Assembly (NCBI GenBank): GCA_037379345.1
Contig: CM074513.1
Coordinates: 22,010,001-22,074,000, forward strand
DNA: 64,000 nucleotides
From: Perna viridis
Lineage: Eukaryota
Direction of reading: 5' to 3'
The notes under the pieces are model-generated. The model searched no databases, was not told the origin of the DNA, and saw nothing but the letters and a program-made list of their open reading frames with translations. Within the stretch, counting starts at the first letter, position 1. Each line of letters starts with the position of its first letter. The position numbers and the translations under genes are program-made. Below, one piece after another: positions 14,139 to 26,007 of this stretch.

Positions 14139-14256
14139 CATGAATTCCTCACTTAACAGTTTCTATTATAAAGAAACAGAATTGTGTTACATTTCCATTT
14201 GCTTAAATTCATTTTTACTGGACTCAAGGATAGGGGTAGAGTCTGAATGCAGACTG

Positions 14257-14437
14257 CAGAGGCGGAGCCATAAACTTTGAAAAGGTAGAGTGCCAGCCAG
14301 GGCTCCTTAGAAAAAGGGGGGATGCTAGGACATTATTTACCATTTTAGTCAATTTTACACATGAAAATGACAAGTTTTCCAATAAAAAGGAGGGGTGCCA
14401 ACCTCCTGCACACGCCCCTTCACCTGGATCTGCCATG
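14257..14437. mobile_element. GC-rich MITE with CAGRGGCGGA...TCYGCCATG termini
   Basis: cagaggcggagcca / tggatctgccatg; flanks agactg / ggactg may be a 6-bp TSD with one mismatch. Confidence 0.65.
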
Positions 14438-17400
14438 GGACTGGTACTTATGTATTTCAAGATATTCAGTTTGTTTTATTCCAGGGAATTTATCATATGA
14501 TATGATAATAACATCAGCACCTGAACTTGTTAAGAGTTTTCACATATCCATTGATTTGTCTCTACTGATTCGTCTCTTCTATTTGTTTAAGTAATTTCCA
14601 TCGGAGAATCGGTCATTATCTTTGTCTGGCACAACAGATACAAATCTATATAACATGTCTAAAAGGACACTAACCATTTCATATTGAAAACACACACATA
14701 CATTCATATGTTAGTTATAGTAATGGTTATATTTGTGTTTACTCAAGTCAGTAGAAAACCAAAGAACTTTAAACAAGTTGTAGGTGGGCCAGGGGTATCA
14801 AAAGTTCAGATCTTAACATGTTTGTAAATGTTTAAAAGGTTAATTTATTGCAAGACAATAGAACACAGCATTGTCATTAGGTCGTCGTCATTTTGTTTAA
14901 AGTGCACATAAGTTGCCTTCCTATAAATCTCCTTAACTTGGTAAAACATTTTTTTGTATTGGCTGAAGATATGATAGTATGCACCAAAAACCTGCTGAGG
15001 TATTCCTTTTGGTTACAAGGCTTTTACAGTGAAGCTGAAGGAGAACCAAATTTTAAGAATGGAAACTGGAGAAAACTTAGAAAATAGAAAATCGGAGGAA
15101 GTAATTTTTTAAAATTTAAGAGAGTGACCATGGATGACCCAGATGCTGAATTTTGTTTTCAAAAAATTCCATCCTTTAGAAATAACTTCATTTAACTCAT
15201 GTTAAAAAATAATGTTTGTTTACATAGAAAGCACTACAAACTTTAAAATAAAGAGAAACAACTCTTTGATCTGTGCATAATTTTGTTGATTAGTTAGGGA
15301 ATAATGATTATATATCATCCACTCAGTCATCCACTTTTGATACAGAAAGATCCATCTTCTCTCATCATCATACATTGGAACAAAAAACTTGGTATGATTA
15401 AATTTTCTCTGTGCCACTCGTATCTTTTCTACATTGACAGTCTCTTAATCTCTTTTTCAAAAATCAAGTTCATTTTTAAAATCCACGAATTCAAGAATCG
15501 ATTAACTGAGGTTTTTTCTCTTAACCACAAAAATTTATACCCACGGAAAAAAGTACTTGCACAGTAGTTCATTCTGCTCTAGATAGAGTCTTTTTCTGGG
15601 CATGTGGACGATATTAGTACTAGTCAACCTTTAGCTGAACTTCCCGTGTATGTGGGTTTTTTGTGTAGTACTTGTATGGATGGACTTTTTCCAATTTTTT
15701 GTCCCACTAGTAAAAAAAACCTATAACTTAGTCAGCATGCTTGTAATTAACTCTACAGAAAGCCTGTTGGGGTATGAAAAATGTAGTTTAGTATGCATTA
15801 AACCAACCACCAGAGATTCTAAGGCTATCTATTGAGTTATCAGTTATTTTTTCTGGATGAATAAAGTTCCACTAACAATGGATAATGGTGTGATTGTACA
15901 GAAAAGTATGATTAATATTGCAATTGTAGTCAGATCCTGTTGGGTTAAAAGTAATTTGTGGATGGCCCTTAGTTAATGTTACAAATTACGGGCAACATGT
16001 CTGTTACAGGGTATAGTCTTGGAATGGAATCAGATTGGAGCTTAACAATGATACAAAAAAAACTAATGCAATTATTAGTTTTTTGAAATGATAATTTTGA
16101 TAACTATATTTGTATGTTTTGCCTATTAGGAAAGAGAAGTTCACTAACTCAGTTTGTAAGTTTCGTCATTCCAGTGAATCCATTCCAACACACCACTTTG
16201 TAAAAATGTATTGCCTAACTTGTCAATTGAAAGACTGTAAATGATATGTTTTGTCAAGTTATATTGTCTTTTATCCTTTCAAACCTGAATTCATATTCTA
16301 CATACACCGTAGTCAAACACAAATTACCATTCAAATAGTTATTCCAAGAATATTAAAGTAAAGGGTTCTGTTATGTTGGCCCCTTGTATGGTGGAATATG
16401 CTGTTGGATGTTTTTTTTTTCTATGTTAATGAAAAAAGAGATAATTAAAAAGATGCTGTACAGTAATGACCTACCCTAACAGCACAAAATTGGCCTTGTA
16501 AATAAATAAATTGGGCAGTTAGAATTCAGGCTTCAATGATTGGTAAAATTTTGCATTTATTACATTCAGTATGCTGCTGATAAGATTTGAATATTACATG
16601 TTTTCAGAAAATCAAAACTGAGCAAAGAACAATTAACTTATTGTCCCAATGGTCAAGATATTGAATCATTACTTTTGAAAATCTCTTCATGATTAAATAC
16701 AAAAATTTTTTAAGGGGGATTAAAAAGGGGCAAATTGAAAAATATAGCCCAAAATCCTGTCCATAAGTGATGCATTAACAATTACACATTTGGTCTGTAT
16801 ATTGGACTGACTGGTACTACATCTGGTCCTGTGTGTAATGAGCATCAATGACAATGGTGTAGGTTTGGCTTTTCCCGGCTTAAAGTTATCTCTGGAACAA
16901 ATTAAAGCCACTATGAATTAATTCAATTTATTACCTACTGATATGTCTCAGTGTTAAAGTCAAAGGTTTATCAACATAAGGTTGACTTACAGTGAACTCC
17001 CTGTATAAACAAGTTGATAAAAAGATAAGTTTGTTACCAGTACATGAGAATGTTGTGGGTGGTCATTGATTGTTACTAAAATTGGATATACAGAATGGAT
17101 CACTTTCTAATGATCCAAATACATTAACATTATGTAAAGAGACCTGCATGTTTCCTTTTAGTCATTTATAACTGGGTAGTTTCATCTTGGGTCAAACTTT
17201 GCTCTATATATATGTATAAGACTTGCTCCAAGTCCCTCTCTTTAAATTTTAAGAGTAAATGGAAACAGTTTATTGATTGCATGTTTCTCTCTGGTTGCAA
17301 TTCTACTAATTATTACAGTAGTTAGTAGTTGCATCATCAGAGAGGTTAATTACATTAGATATTCTGTGTCATATAAATAATAAAGAGGGACTTGTAGCAT

Positions 17401-18336
17401 GTCTGTAGATGTATCTATCTAGGAAATTTTGAAGAAGAGTCTGGAGATCTTGCTCTAGAGTGTATTGATGTCCTTTACCAATGAAGGTTCAAAGGCAGTG
17501 ATTTTCCAACCTTTATTTTAAGTTTCAAGATTTGTGCATGATTAAAAAGGAGATTTGTAAGATATACAAAATTCTCTCTCTACTCTTCTACATGGAATTA
17601 ATCATCTGGTGGTGACCTCATGGACTTTAATACAATGGGAAGTATAATGGTCCTCGTCAAGGATTTTAATAAATATTTAAAAAAAAACTTTATGAAAATC
17701 ATTTACCTTATATATATAAATTATTCCGAAGTCACAATTTTCAAATTCTTTTCCCAGTGTCATGGCCCCTCGAGTCCTTTATTCAAAATAGTAGGAAAAT
17801 CACGAAAAGGGATGCTTACACTCCCCTTCCAGTCCTTTTGTCCATCACGCTCTTATGAACAAAAAAAATCAACATTATGAAACAGATTTATGCCTTGTAT
17901 AATTATTAATTAGTCCTTATATATATTAAGAACCCTGTTGTAAGTCAAAGGTCAAAGTCACATTTACATGTAGAGCTTTTTAGATCGAAGATTTCATCTC
18001 ACACATCAGAAACTAATGTAGTGTCAGACATTAAACAGCAATCCAAATTTAGAACTGAACTTTGTTTTTCATGTCTAGCTCCAACTGTTTGACCTCTCAG
18101 CTATTTTCTAGCTGCGCCCTGCAAAGTTACGTGTTCTGTAGATCGGTTACTCTTTCAATGAGTAACAGTTGCATAGATAGAGTAAGGGACTTCAAAAACT
18201 ACATTCGTGTTTCAGATTCTTTATTGTTCTATTATTTTCCATTTAATAACAATCTCATGCAGGAATTTGATTATCTACTTCAGATGAGTCATACAAAATA
18301 AATGTCCTGCATGATATGGTAAATTCTGTCCTGTGG

Positions 18337-18502
18337 TACAGTGAAACCCCTGGTATACAAAAATAAAGTTTAATCCAGACACTTTTTGAAGTCACATTAT
18401 ACAGGTTTTATGTATTTTGAACTTGAGTGAACCAAACACCTTTTTAAGTTGAAATAAAATCAACAGCACAAAAGTAGTTTAGTTTAGACAGGTTTAACTG
18501 TA
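18337..18502. mobile_element. Tc1/mariner-type MITE
   Basis: TA-cagtgaaacc...ggtttaactg-TA termini. Confidence 0.65.
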
Positions 18503-18544
18503 AAAGTTCTGAGACCCAATTACTTGTTGGTCTCTGTAGGAATC

Positions 18545-18898
18545 ATGGGTGAAACATGTTATGAAAAAAACCACTATTTTGAAAGTTTAATTTGACTACA
18601 AATGTATTTGTACCATCAGTATCCAGGAAACAAGACCAGATTTTCCATATCATTTTGGGAAAGTGAGTTATTATTTCATTGAAATGCACTGAAAATGAAC
18701 ATTCCAAGCAATCCAATGGCAGATAACTGTCAAAAACCTCATATCTGTGCAAATCCAGTGATGTAGAGACTAAATAATGGTCTTTTCAAATAGAGAAAAC
18801 ATGCTTGAGTGAAATTATAATGTCAGATTGAATGGTTTTTTACATGCATGTTTTTATTTTTTTCAGTTTTGCCTGATTCTTACAAAAACTTAAACTTG
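18545..18898 (+). mobile_element. ~350-bp dispersed repeat, copy 1
   Basis: Co-linear with 37090-37446 (agattttccatatcat, atttcattgaaatgcactgaaaatgaacatt, ttttgcctgattcttacaaaaactta). Confidence 0.8.
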
Positions 18899-19477
18899 TA
18901 ATGCTCTAGATATAATATTTGCCATCATCATCATTCTGAGGAACAGTTCATGCTTGACTCTAGTTTATAGATATATAGATATACTATGATATTGACAAAA
19001 ACTCATATAAGACCATTGTAAGTCATTACAGAGCTATTGATTTTATGGAAACATCTTGATGAATAATACTTTAAAAATCTGTTACTGGATCATACATTCC
19101 TAGAATATTTTAAGTTATACTTTGAACAACATGATATTGTTTGGGGCTACCAGGTCTTGGCTTTCATTACAATGTTAAAAAGCTTTTCCTTTGCCAAAAG
19201 TGAAAGGTCTGAATTAATCTTTGTGTATTACTGTAAATCAGCTTATCATAAACAAAGGACACTTCAATAGACCTTAACCTTAAAATAACTATTTTAGTCT
19301 TTTACACATGAAATATACAAGTATATTGAACAGGATTTAACGCTAACCACTTAGTCACTCTTGCCGTCTGATAGTCTAATAGAAAAAAAATCAACTCGCA
19401 CTGAACAATCAAAAAATGATTTGAAGAAGGATATTCAGGGAATTAATAGCATCAGGCCACCCTCAATTAAGCTTTCT

Positions 19478-19519
19478 CTAGATCTCCCTAGATCTCCCTA
19501 GTTCTCCCTAGTTCTCCCC
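19478..19519 (+). repeat. 10-bp minisatellite, four copies
   Basis: ctag(a/t)tctcc repeated. Confidence 0.85.
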
Positions 19520-20169
19520 AACATTTTCTGGCCTTTGGCTTCATGGAAAGTGTTAATGTACAACATGTTTTAGGAAAACTTTCATATTGGTACATCATAC
19601 ATGTACTTTAACTTGTTTATATACATGTACATGTATTTTACAGTGAAGATAAACCTATTACATGGATAAATAGATTGCATTCACTTTATCAGTTTAAAAT
19701 GTTGTAAATAGAATTTTTATATCAATGTTAATATAGCTTAAGGTTGAACAACAAACCACATTTATTTAATTGTGGTGAAAAATCGGAAATATGTAGTATA
19801 GAGCGTAGTTGAATTGTAGTAGAGTTTTCCGTTTGGTAACGATGATTTCTTAATGTGTTTGATCTAGGTGCAGTACTTGAAAGTAAAACTTAAATTTACT
19901 ATGTTGAATTTAAATGGGACATGGCTACCCAAAGTAGATGGCTTGTAACAAGTGTATTTTCTGTTAGTTTTTAGCATGTAGTTGTCATAAAATGTGAGTC
20001 ATGTATAAGTGGCTGGTTGGTTACTTTTTTTTCTTGTCAGTGTTCAGGGTGACTTCATGTGTAAATGCATGTCATATGAAAGTCCATGTATTTATTCACG
20101 CAACCACTTCCAATACAAAATGTACTATAATTGTTATATTGGTATTTTCATTTACTTGATAGTAATATG

Positions 20170-20800
20170 TGCCATGGTCTAAAGGCTGTGTGAGCTATTG
20201 TGATCACATTGTGTCGTCATTGTCTGTTAACTTTTTCAAGCATCTTTTCTGAAACTATTGTATGCATTGTAACCAAACTTTGCATGAATGGTTTTTAGGG
20301 TATTTTTAACAATCCTTGCATGGAATTTTTTGATCTGGCAAAAAACATGGTCCGTTTTAAAAATAGACCATAGGGGTGAAATTGCAGAAATTTGCAAATA
20401 ACTAAAAATACATTTGGGTTTAGCTAATCTGGCAGAGTAAAATTGTTCACCATGATGGGAAGGACCTATGCTGAAATTTTCAGAAAGATCCATTGACGGA
20501 TGTTTGTGTTTTTGGCCCTAGAATCTCGTTAAACTATTCATGCACGTCTGATTTGATGATGAGATATTTAATAGTCATAGTTACTCCCGCCATTTACCCT
20601 TCTTCACTTTGACATTCAGAGCACTGCGCAGAAATCACATTGCATCAACACCAGGTGTAGGCTGTCATAATGCTTTATTTTGAATAGATGCTCTCTATTG
20701 ATTTAATGATTTTTGTGACACTAGTACAGTAGGGTCAAGAGTCCAGCTTTAGATGGCTAATAAGACTGTTTTTGACCAGGTAAGTGATTCAGACTCTTTA
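20170..20800 (+). mobile_element. pearl/CvA-like non-autonomous Helentron carrying an internal 28S rRNA fragment
   Basis: Head aaaggc.gtgtgagcta.tgtgatcac plus (gtc)n, core ctgaaacta...accaaactt...aaaaatagaccataggggt, tail ccaggtaagtgattcagactctt. Confidence 0.7.
20521..20688 (-). pseudogene. Degenerate 28S (LSU) rRNA fragment, domain IV around helices 68-71
   Basis: Plus strand matches antisense 28S: gaatctcgtt..attcatgc.cgtc / agtcatagttactcccgcc.tttaccc / ttcttcactttgacattcagagcactg.gcagaaatcacat.gc.tcaacacc; internal deletions and CpG decay. Confidence 0.9.
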
Positions 20801-20948
20801 TTTTTCTGTAGGAACACAGTCAGCTATGCCTATAGTAGTCATTCGTCTTGGAGTCTGATGTCACTTCTGTCATGCATTTATACATAAATGTCTGTTTTTA
20901 TATAATTTTATTTGAATTGTCTTCAATAATTACTCTTTCTCATTTCAG

Positions 20949-21041
20949 GATTCCGTAGTTGGGAATGTGATGATGTTGATATCAATGAGGAACTTGCCCA
21001 GATTGCCAATGCTGCAGACCTTGGGGCTGAGGGACCAAATG
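20949..21041 (+). CDS. futsch: MAP1/futsch-like, second coding exon (93 nt, phase 1-1)
   Basis: Acceptor ctctttctcatttcAG at 20948, donor G|GTAGGT at 21042; reads (G)FRSWECDDVDINEELAQIANAADLGAEGPN(G), matching MAP1 GIRSWD...L.QEL; in frame with both neighbouring exons. Confidence 0.9.
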
Positions 21042-21852
21042 GTAGGTTTTATTTCTGTTGTGTCTATGCAGCCTTGAAAACATTTTTGTGCTTTGTTGCC
21101 TTAAGCATGTGGAAAAGATGTTTTTGAATATATGGGATAGCTAGAAAGATCAGTAAATTAAGAGTTCAATATGTTCTCTCAAACATTCAATTAAAATTTG
21201 CTCAGAATTATGTAAAGAAAAGACAAAAAAAATGATACTGAGATACATTTAATCTATAATTTCCATGTTGTTACTTATTTGGCTCCAAGTTATGTAATGA
21301 TGCACTTTAGAAATTGAAAAAAAAATGGTTTTGAAAATCATTGGCTATAATTATTTTCAAAATTATGTAATCTTTTCTAAAACACAAAATTGCTTTGAAA
21401 ATCGTTACATTTTTTACTGAAATGAAATTATATTCATCCTTCCATGTCTGTGATGGGATAAAAAAAAAAATTAAAAATTGGTATATTTTTAAAAATCAGA
21501 AACGGAAGGTATTTGTAAGTAATTTTTGTGGCTTTATTTAGAAGGTGTTGTTTCTCATCATCACAGCTCACAGACATTATTTTTGTTTTTGTTTTAATTT
21601 GATTTTTTATGCATTTTTTATTAATTTGTCTATCATCACATCTTTCTGTGTGTCATTACTGGCTAGATTCTGCTTTATGACTGAAGAATTCACTAGACTT
21701 TGTAAAACTTGAAATTGTAATCCTTCATCATTATTTTACTTTTTGTACAGCTGTTGCTAATGCTGCAATCATGCCCTAAATTTTGCTTATATGCATTTTT
21801 TAGCAAAGGCTAAAATTGTTCACATGAAATATCATTCATTGCAACAATAATT

Positions 21853-22114
21853 CTATACCCCCTGCTTTACTAAAAGTTATACTGAATACAGTGTCTGTTC
21901 ATCCATCCTCCACAACTTTTAAGTTTCCTCTGCTACTACTTATAACAATCACTTTACATTTTGACAGTGGCTTTATATAGGCAAGCCATATTGAGGCATT
22001 CAATTTTAGACTGAAATTATGTTAACTTCATGTTTGATGACGTTGTTTACATTCTAACCGTAAGGTTATTAGGTTAAGGAGCGTAAGGTTTTCTTTAGTG
22101 ATCTTTGATCACAG
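21853..22114 (+). mobile_element. Short Helentron-type MITE abutting copy B
   Basis: ctataccccc...tatactg head, tctgt/tcca microsatellite remnant and ttagtga...tcacagtt tail typical of mollusc HINEs. Confidence 0.45.
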
Positions 22115-23098
22115 TTTTTATACCACCGCAAAAAAATTTTGGTCTTTATCTTTAGACACTTGGTTTTTGTGCTATTATTTGAGTATTTGTTGGTTTATTA
22201 TAATAAAATTTTACAACAATGTTCTAAATTACAAAAGGAAAGTTGGTTTTGATTTTGGGGTAATGTCTGGCCCCAACCTTTAAGAATTAGGGGCTGAAAT
22301 GGAGCCTAAAACGAACATTAAATAGAAACTATGTAACTCCAGTAAAAGCATAGGAATGTCTATAATATTGTCCTACAATATTCTTTACCACAATGGTCAT
22401 ACTTTGATTGATTTGGGGGTAACTTGAACTTTTAAGAAATTAAGGACCAAATAGAGGGGACAAAAACATGCATTTTCCAGATGTCCTGACAATAACTTGA
22501 CTATTAGTGAATGAATCTCTTTGAAATTGTATTACAGGATGCCATACCATCAAAGGGAGACTGGGATTGGTTTGGTGGTTAAGACTTGAACCTTGTAGGA
22601 ATAATGGGCCAGAAAGGTGCCCGAAACAGGCATTTTTTTACGTCCATTTTATAACTTGAGTTAATGGATCTCTCATAAATTTTACTAAAAGGTACTATAG
22701 CACAAAAGGAAGATTGGGATTGATTTTTGGGGTTGTGACTTGAGCCAAGGAAGAATAAGGGTTCACAGAGGGGCCATAAACAAGTATTTCCTATATGATT
22801 TCTGGACAATAACTTGAGTATTAGGGAATGAATTGCTTTGAGATTGTACCCAATTGTACCATTTCCCCACAGGCAGTTTGGGATTGACTTTGCAGATTTT
22901 GACTGGAACCATTTAGGAGTAGAAGCCAAAAAGTGACCACTTTGGTTCTGGTCCAATTTTTATCCTGTGTCAAATGTCTAAATGTCAAATTCAAAACTGT
23001 ATCAAGTTTGAATGTTGTGTCCATACTTGCCTGGACTTGTCATGGTTCAAACCTCTGCAGTCATATCAAGCTCACCCTGTGAAGCATTTATTCTAGTT
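22115..23098 (+). mobile_element. Same HINE-type family (copy B, apparently with both ends)
   Basis: Starts tttttataccaccgcaaaaaaattttggtc and ends gaagcatttattctagtt; long stretches match 3290-3770. Confidence 0.7.
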
Positions 23099-26007
23099 AT
23101 ATTTTTTAATCTACTGGTTTTGAAATTGCTGTTGATGCATACTGCTCATACATGAACATGTATATCATCTTTAATTTTATGAGCTTTGAGATGTTCCCTT
23201 ACCTCAGTTTTGCATGTCATATTTGGCATTTTAGCTTGCCAGTAGATTGAAAAGGGATTGTTTTTAATGCATTGCATGTGGTACTTATTTTAAGTAACAT
23301 CTATAAATGTGAACCTTTTTTAGTGACACTGTTGTATGTCTTTTCTTTTGTTTTATTAACAAAATCTATTTGATATCATTTGCTGATTCAAGCCTGATTG
23401 TGGAGGACACTAAATTACCAATGCCCCCATTTGAATCCTTGTAAATGGCATATGTTATGTAACCAGGTTCCCCATAATAGGTGAAAAGTCAGTAGAATAT
23501 TACACATGTATGTTTTAGTCTCAAATACATACTAAGTATGGTTATTTAACCTAGTACATCTCAGTTAAGATCCATAGTGTAGTTAGTTATGGGTTCATAT
23601 TCAGAAAGCTAATGTGTTTAATATTTAACCAGGAAAAACAGGTCTGTCAATAATCTTTAATGTAATCGTCTCCCCCCACCCCTTCCTCATTTTTATACAT
23701 CTGCAAAAAAATGTTCTTTTTATGAAAAAATGGTAGAATAATTTTTAAGTAGAATTCAGCTAAACTCTTTGAGTAATTCAATGACTTTCTGATAGATTTT
23801 AGGGTGTTAAATTTTTTCAAATTATCAATTTTTTCTTAATTTGCATGGCTTTTAGGTGAACATGTGCATAAAAAGTAGTACTTGAGTAACTTTTTTTGCA
23901 AGACTTTACCCATGCACTATGACATTGTACGCTTTGTAAAAGGAATTAAACTTTAACATGTGCATCTGAATGTTATTGTCCATTATATTGAAGCTTATTT
24001 TTAGTCTCATCATGATGAAACTTGGTTCATGTGCAAATTTATAAAATTTTAACTACTTTCTTTTATTTCCTGACAGAAATCTTCACAAATTTAAACAATT
24101 TTCTATAAAAGAAGGTAAGGATGCAGAAACAGGCCTGGTCTATGCTGAAAGAATGAGTGAAAGTTTATAATTATCAGTTAGGTCACACCTTTCAACATAG
24201 GGGAAATTATCTTTTCAACTCAGAATGAATTAGGTTCTCAATGAGTAATGCACATTAGTTTTGCACGTTAATGCATGCTAAGTTGGCAGCATGCCAGATT
24301 ATGCATGTGCTTCTTATTGATCATTGTGGAGTCATTCATTGGCGTGCTGTAAATAGTGGAATGAAGTATTTGATTTATGTAATCTTGGTTGTTAATATGG
24401 GAATTAAAAGGGAAATTTGTCTAGGTTCAAAAGTTTTGCACTGATCTTCATTTTGGCTTAATATAAAACATTTACTTATGGTTTGAAATTGCCTGCAATC
24501 TGGCATGAACTTTTTGGACACTGATTTACCGAAAATGCAAATTTGTTAACTGAAAAATAATAAGGCATAATTCATATGGTAAATAATGTTTTGATATGGC
24601 TAAGATGTTTTTTTGTCTGATGGCTCCTGGTCCAGCTTTAGTTGCCTACATCAAGTTAATACTGGTTCTGAGTTGAAAAGATCCCTTGAATTAATTACAA
24701 AAAGTCCCTATCTTCAAAACTTTAAACAGTGGAAATAAGATTTTATATAAAAAATGATATAATTTTAATTACTTTAGTCGACAGACTGATTTCAGACATT
24801 ACAGAAATTAATGCTTTAATTTTAATTAAACCTCACTTGAAATAGATTTGATTATTCTCTACTTCAATTAAATACATGTAAATTAATGTTTCATTTAAAT
24901 GCATGTTACATGTTATTCAGTATTTTTCAAATCTTACAGGAAATTTAAATGTCATCTCATTAAAAATATTGTGATGTTACATGTATTTACCACTTATGAA
25001 ATATTATTTATATGCAGACATATATGTGTCTGTAATGCTTTGTAATAGATCATCTGTTTACAAATATGATGAATGAAAAATTTAAAATTTGAAGTTGAGT
25101 CCCTGATTTGGGCCAGATTTGCACAACTATATACTACTCAGTTGTGTAACCTAACTCCTTTATAGTAATATCGTAACAGGCCATTGGATGTCACCAAAAT
25201 ATAAAGTTTACCAAAACAAATATACCAATACAAGATAATACAAAAGTATAATTTTTTTAAAACTTCCATGATTTATCTTGAATTTCTGTTACTCACTAAA
25301 TGTTCCGATAGAAAACTTAAAGAATTTTAGTTTGTGGTTTTCAAGTTCCAAACAAACTCTGAAAATTGTTTTGATCTTATGCAATCCATTAAATTAAGAA
25401 TTAATGAAATAACAAAATTTGGACAAACAACAGAACATTTTATATCAGTGATTTGGGAGATGTTTAAACTTTTTAAACTTTGATCTTCATTCATTCACTG
25501 GACCTTATCAATTTTACTGGAAACTACCTTATGTTCCATGGACACTGGGAATAACTAGAGTCATAACTGTTCCTACCGAATGACATTCACCATTTAGCTT
25601 ATTAAAGTACTTCTTGGTTTAGGTCATTATAAAATACTTTCAGTTGCTAAGATATTGTTCTTTTTAATGGATTTTTTTTTTGTGTTGCTAGCTGCCATGC
25701 CCCATGCTGTGTAATCCATATCTAATGCATGTCTGATGATAGATGTAGGATTGTGTTTATATGACATGTAGCTGAAAAAATAAACAGTGTTTCATTAACT
25801 AACAACATTCATAATAGACACTTTTATAAAAGTTAGATTTGTTCAAAGAATTCAACAAATTTTAGAATATTGATAAATAATTACATGTACCTATACCAAG
25901 AAATTTCTTGTTATGTTTTAAAGCTAATACATATAGAGAATTAAATAAGGTTTTAAAATAGGAATTAAATTTTCAAATTTTTTCTCACCTGCATCTTTTA
26001 TTTTCAG

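Noticed and set aside
1656-20100. Many 60-107 aa ORFs in MAP1 intron 1 as nested genes
   Set aside because: F/L/I/Y/C-rich composition typical of random AT-rich DNA, with no recognisable domains or exon chains.
20521-20688. Functional rRNA gene
   Set aside because: Only ~170 bp with deletions in universally conserved helices and no surrounding rDNA unit.
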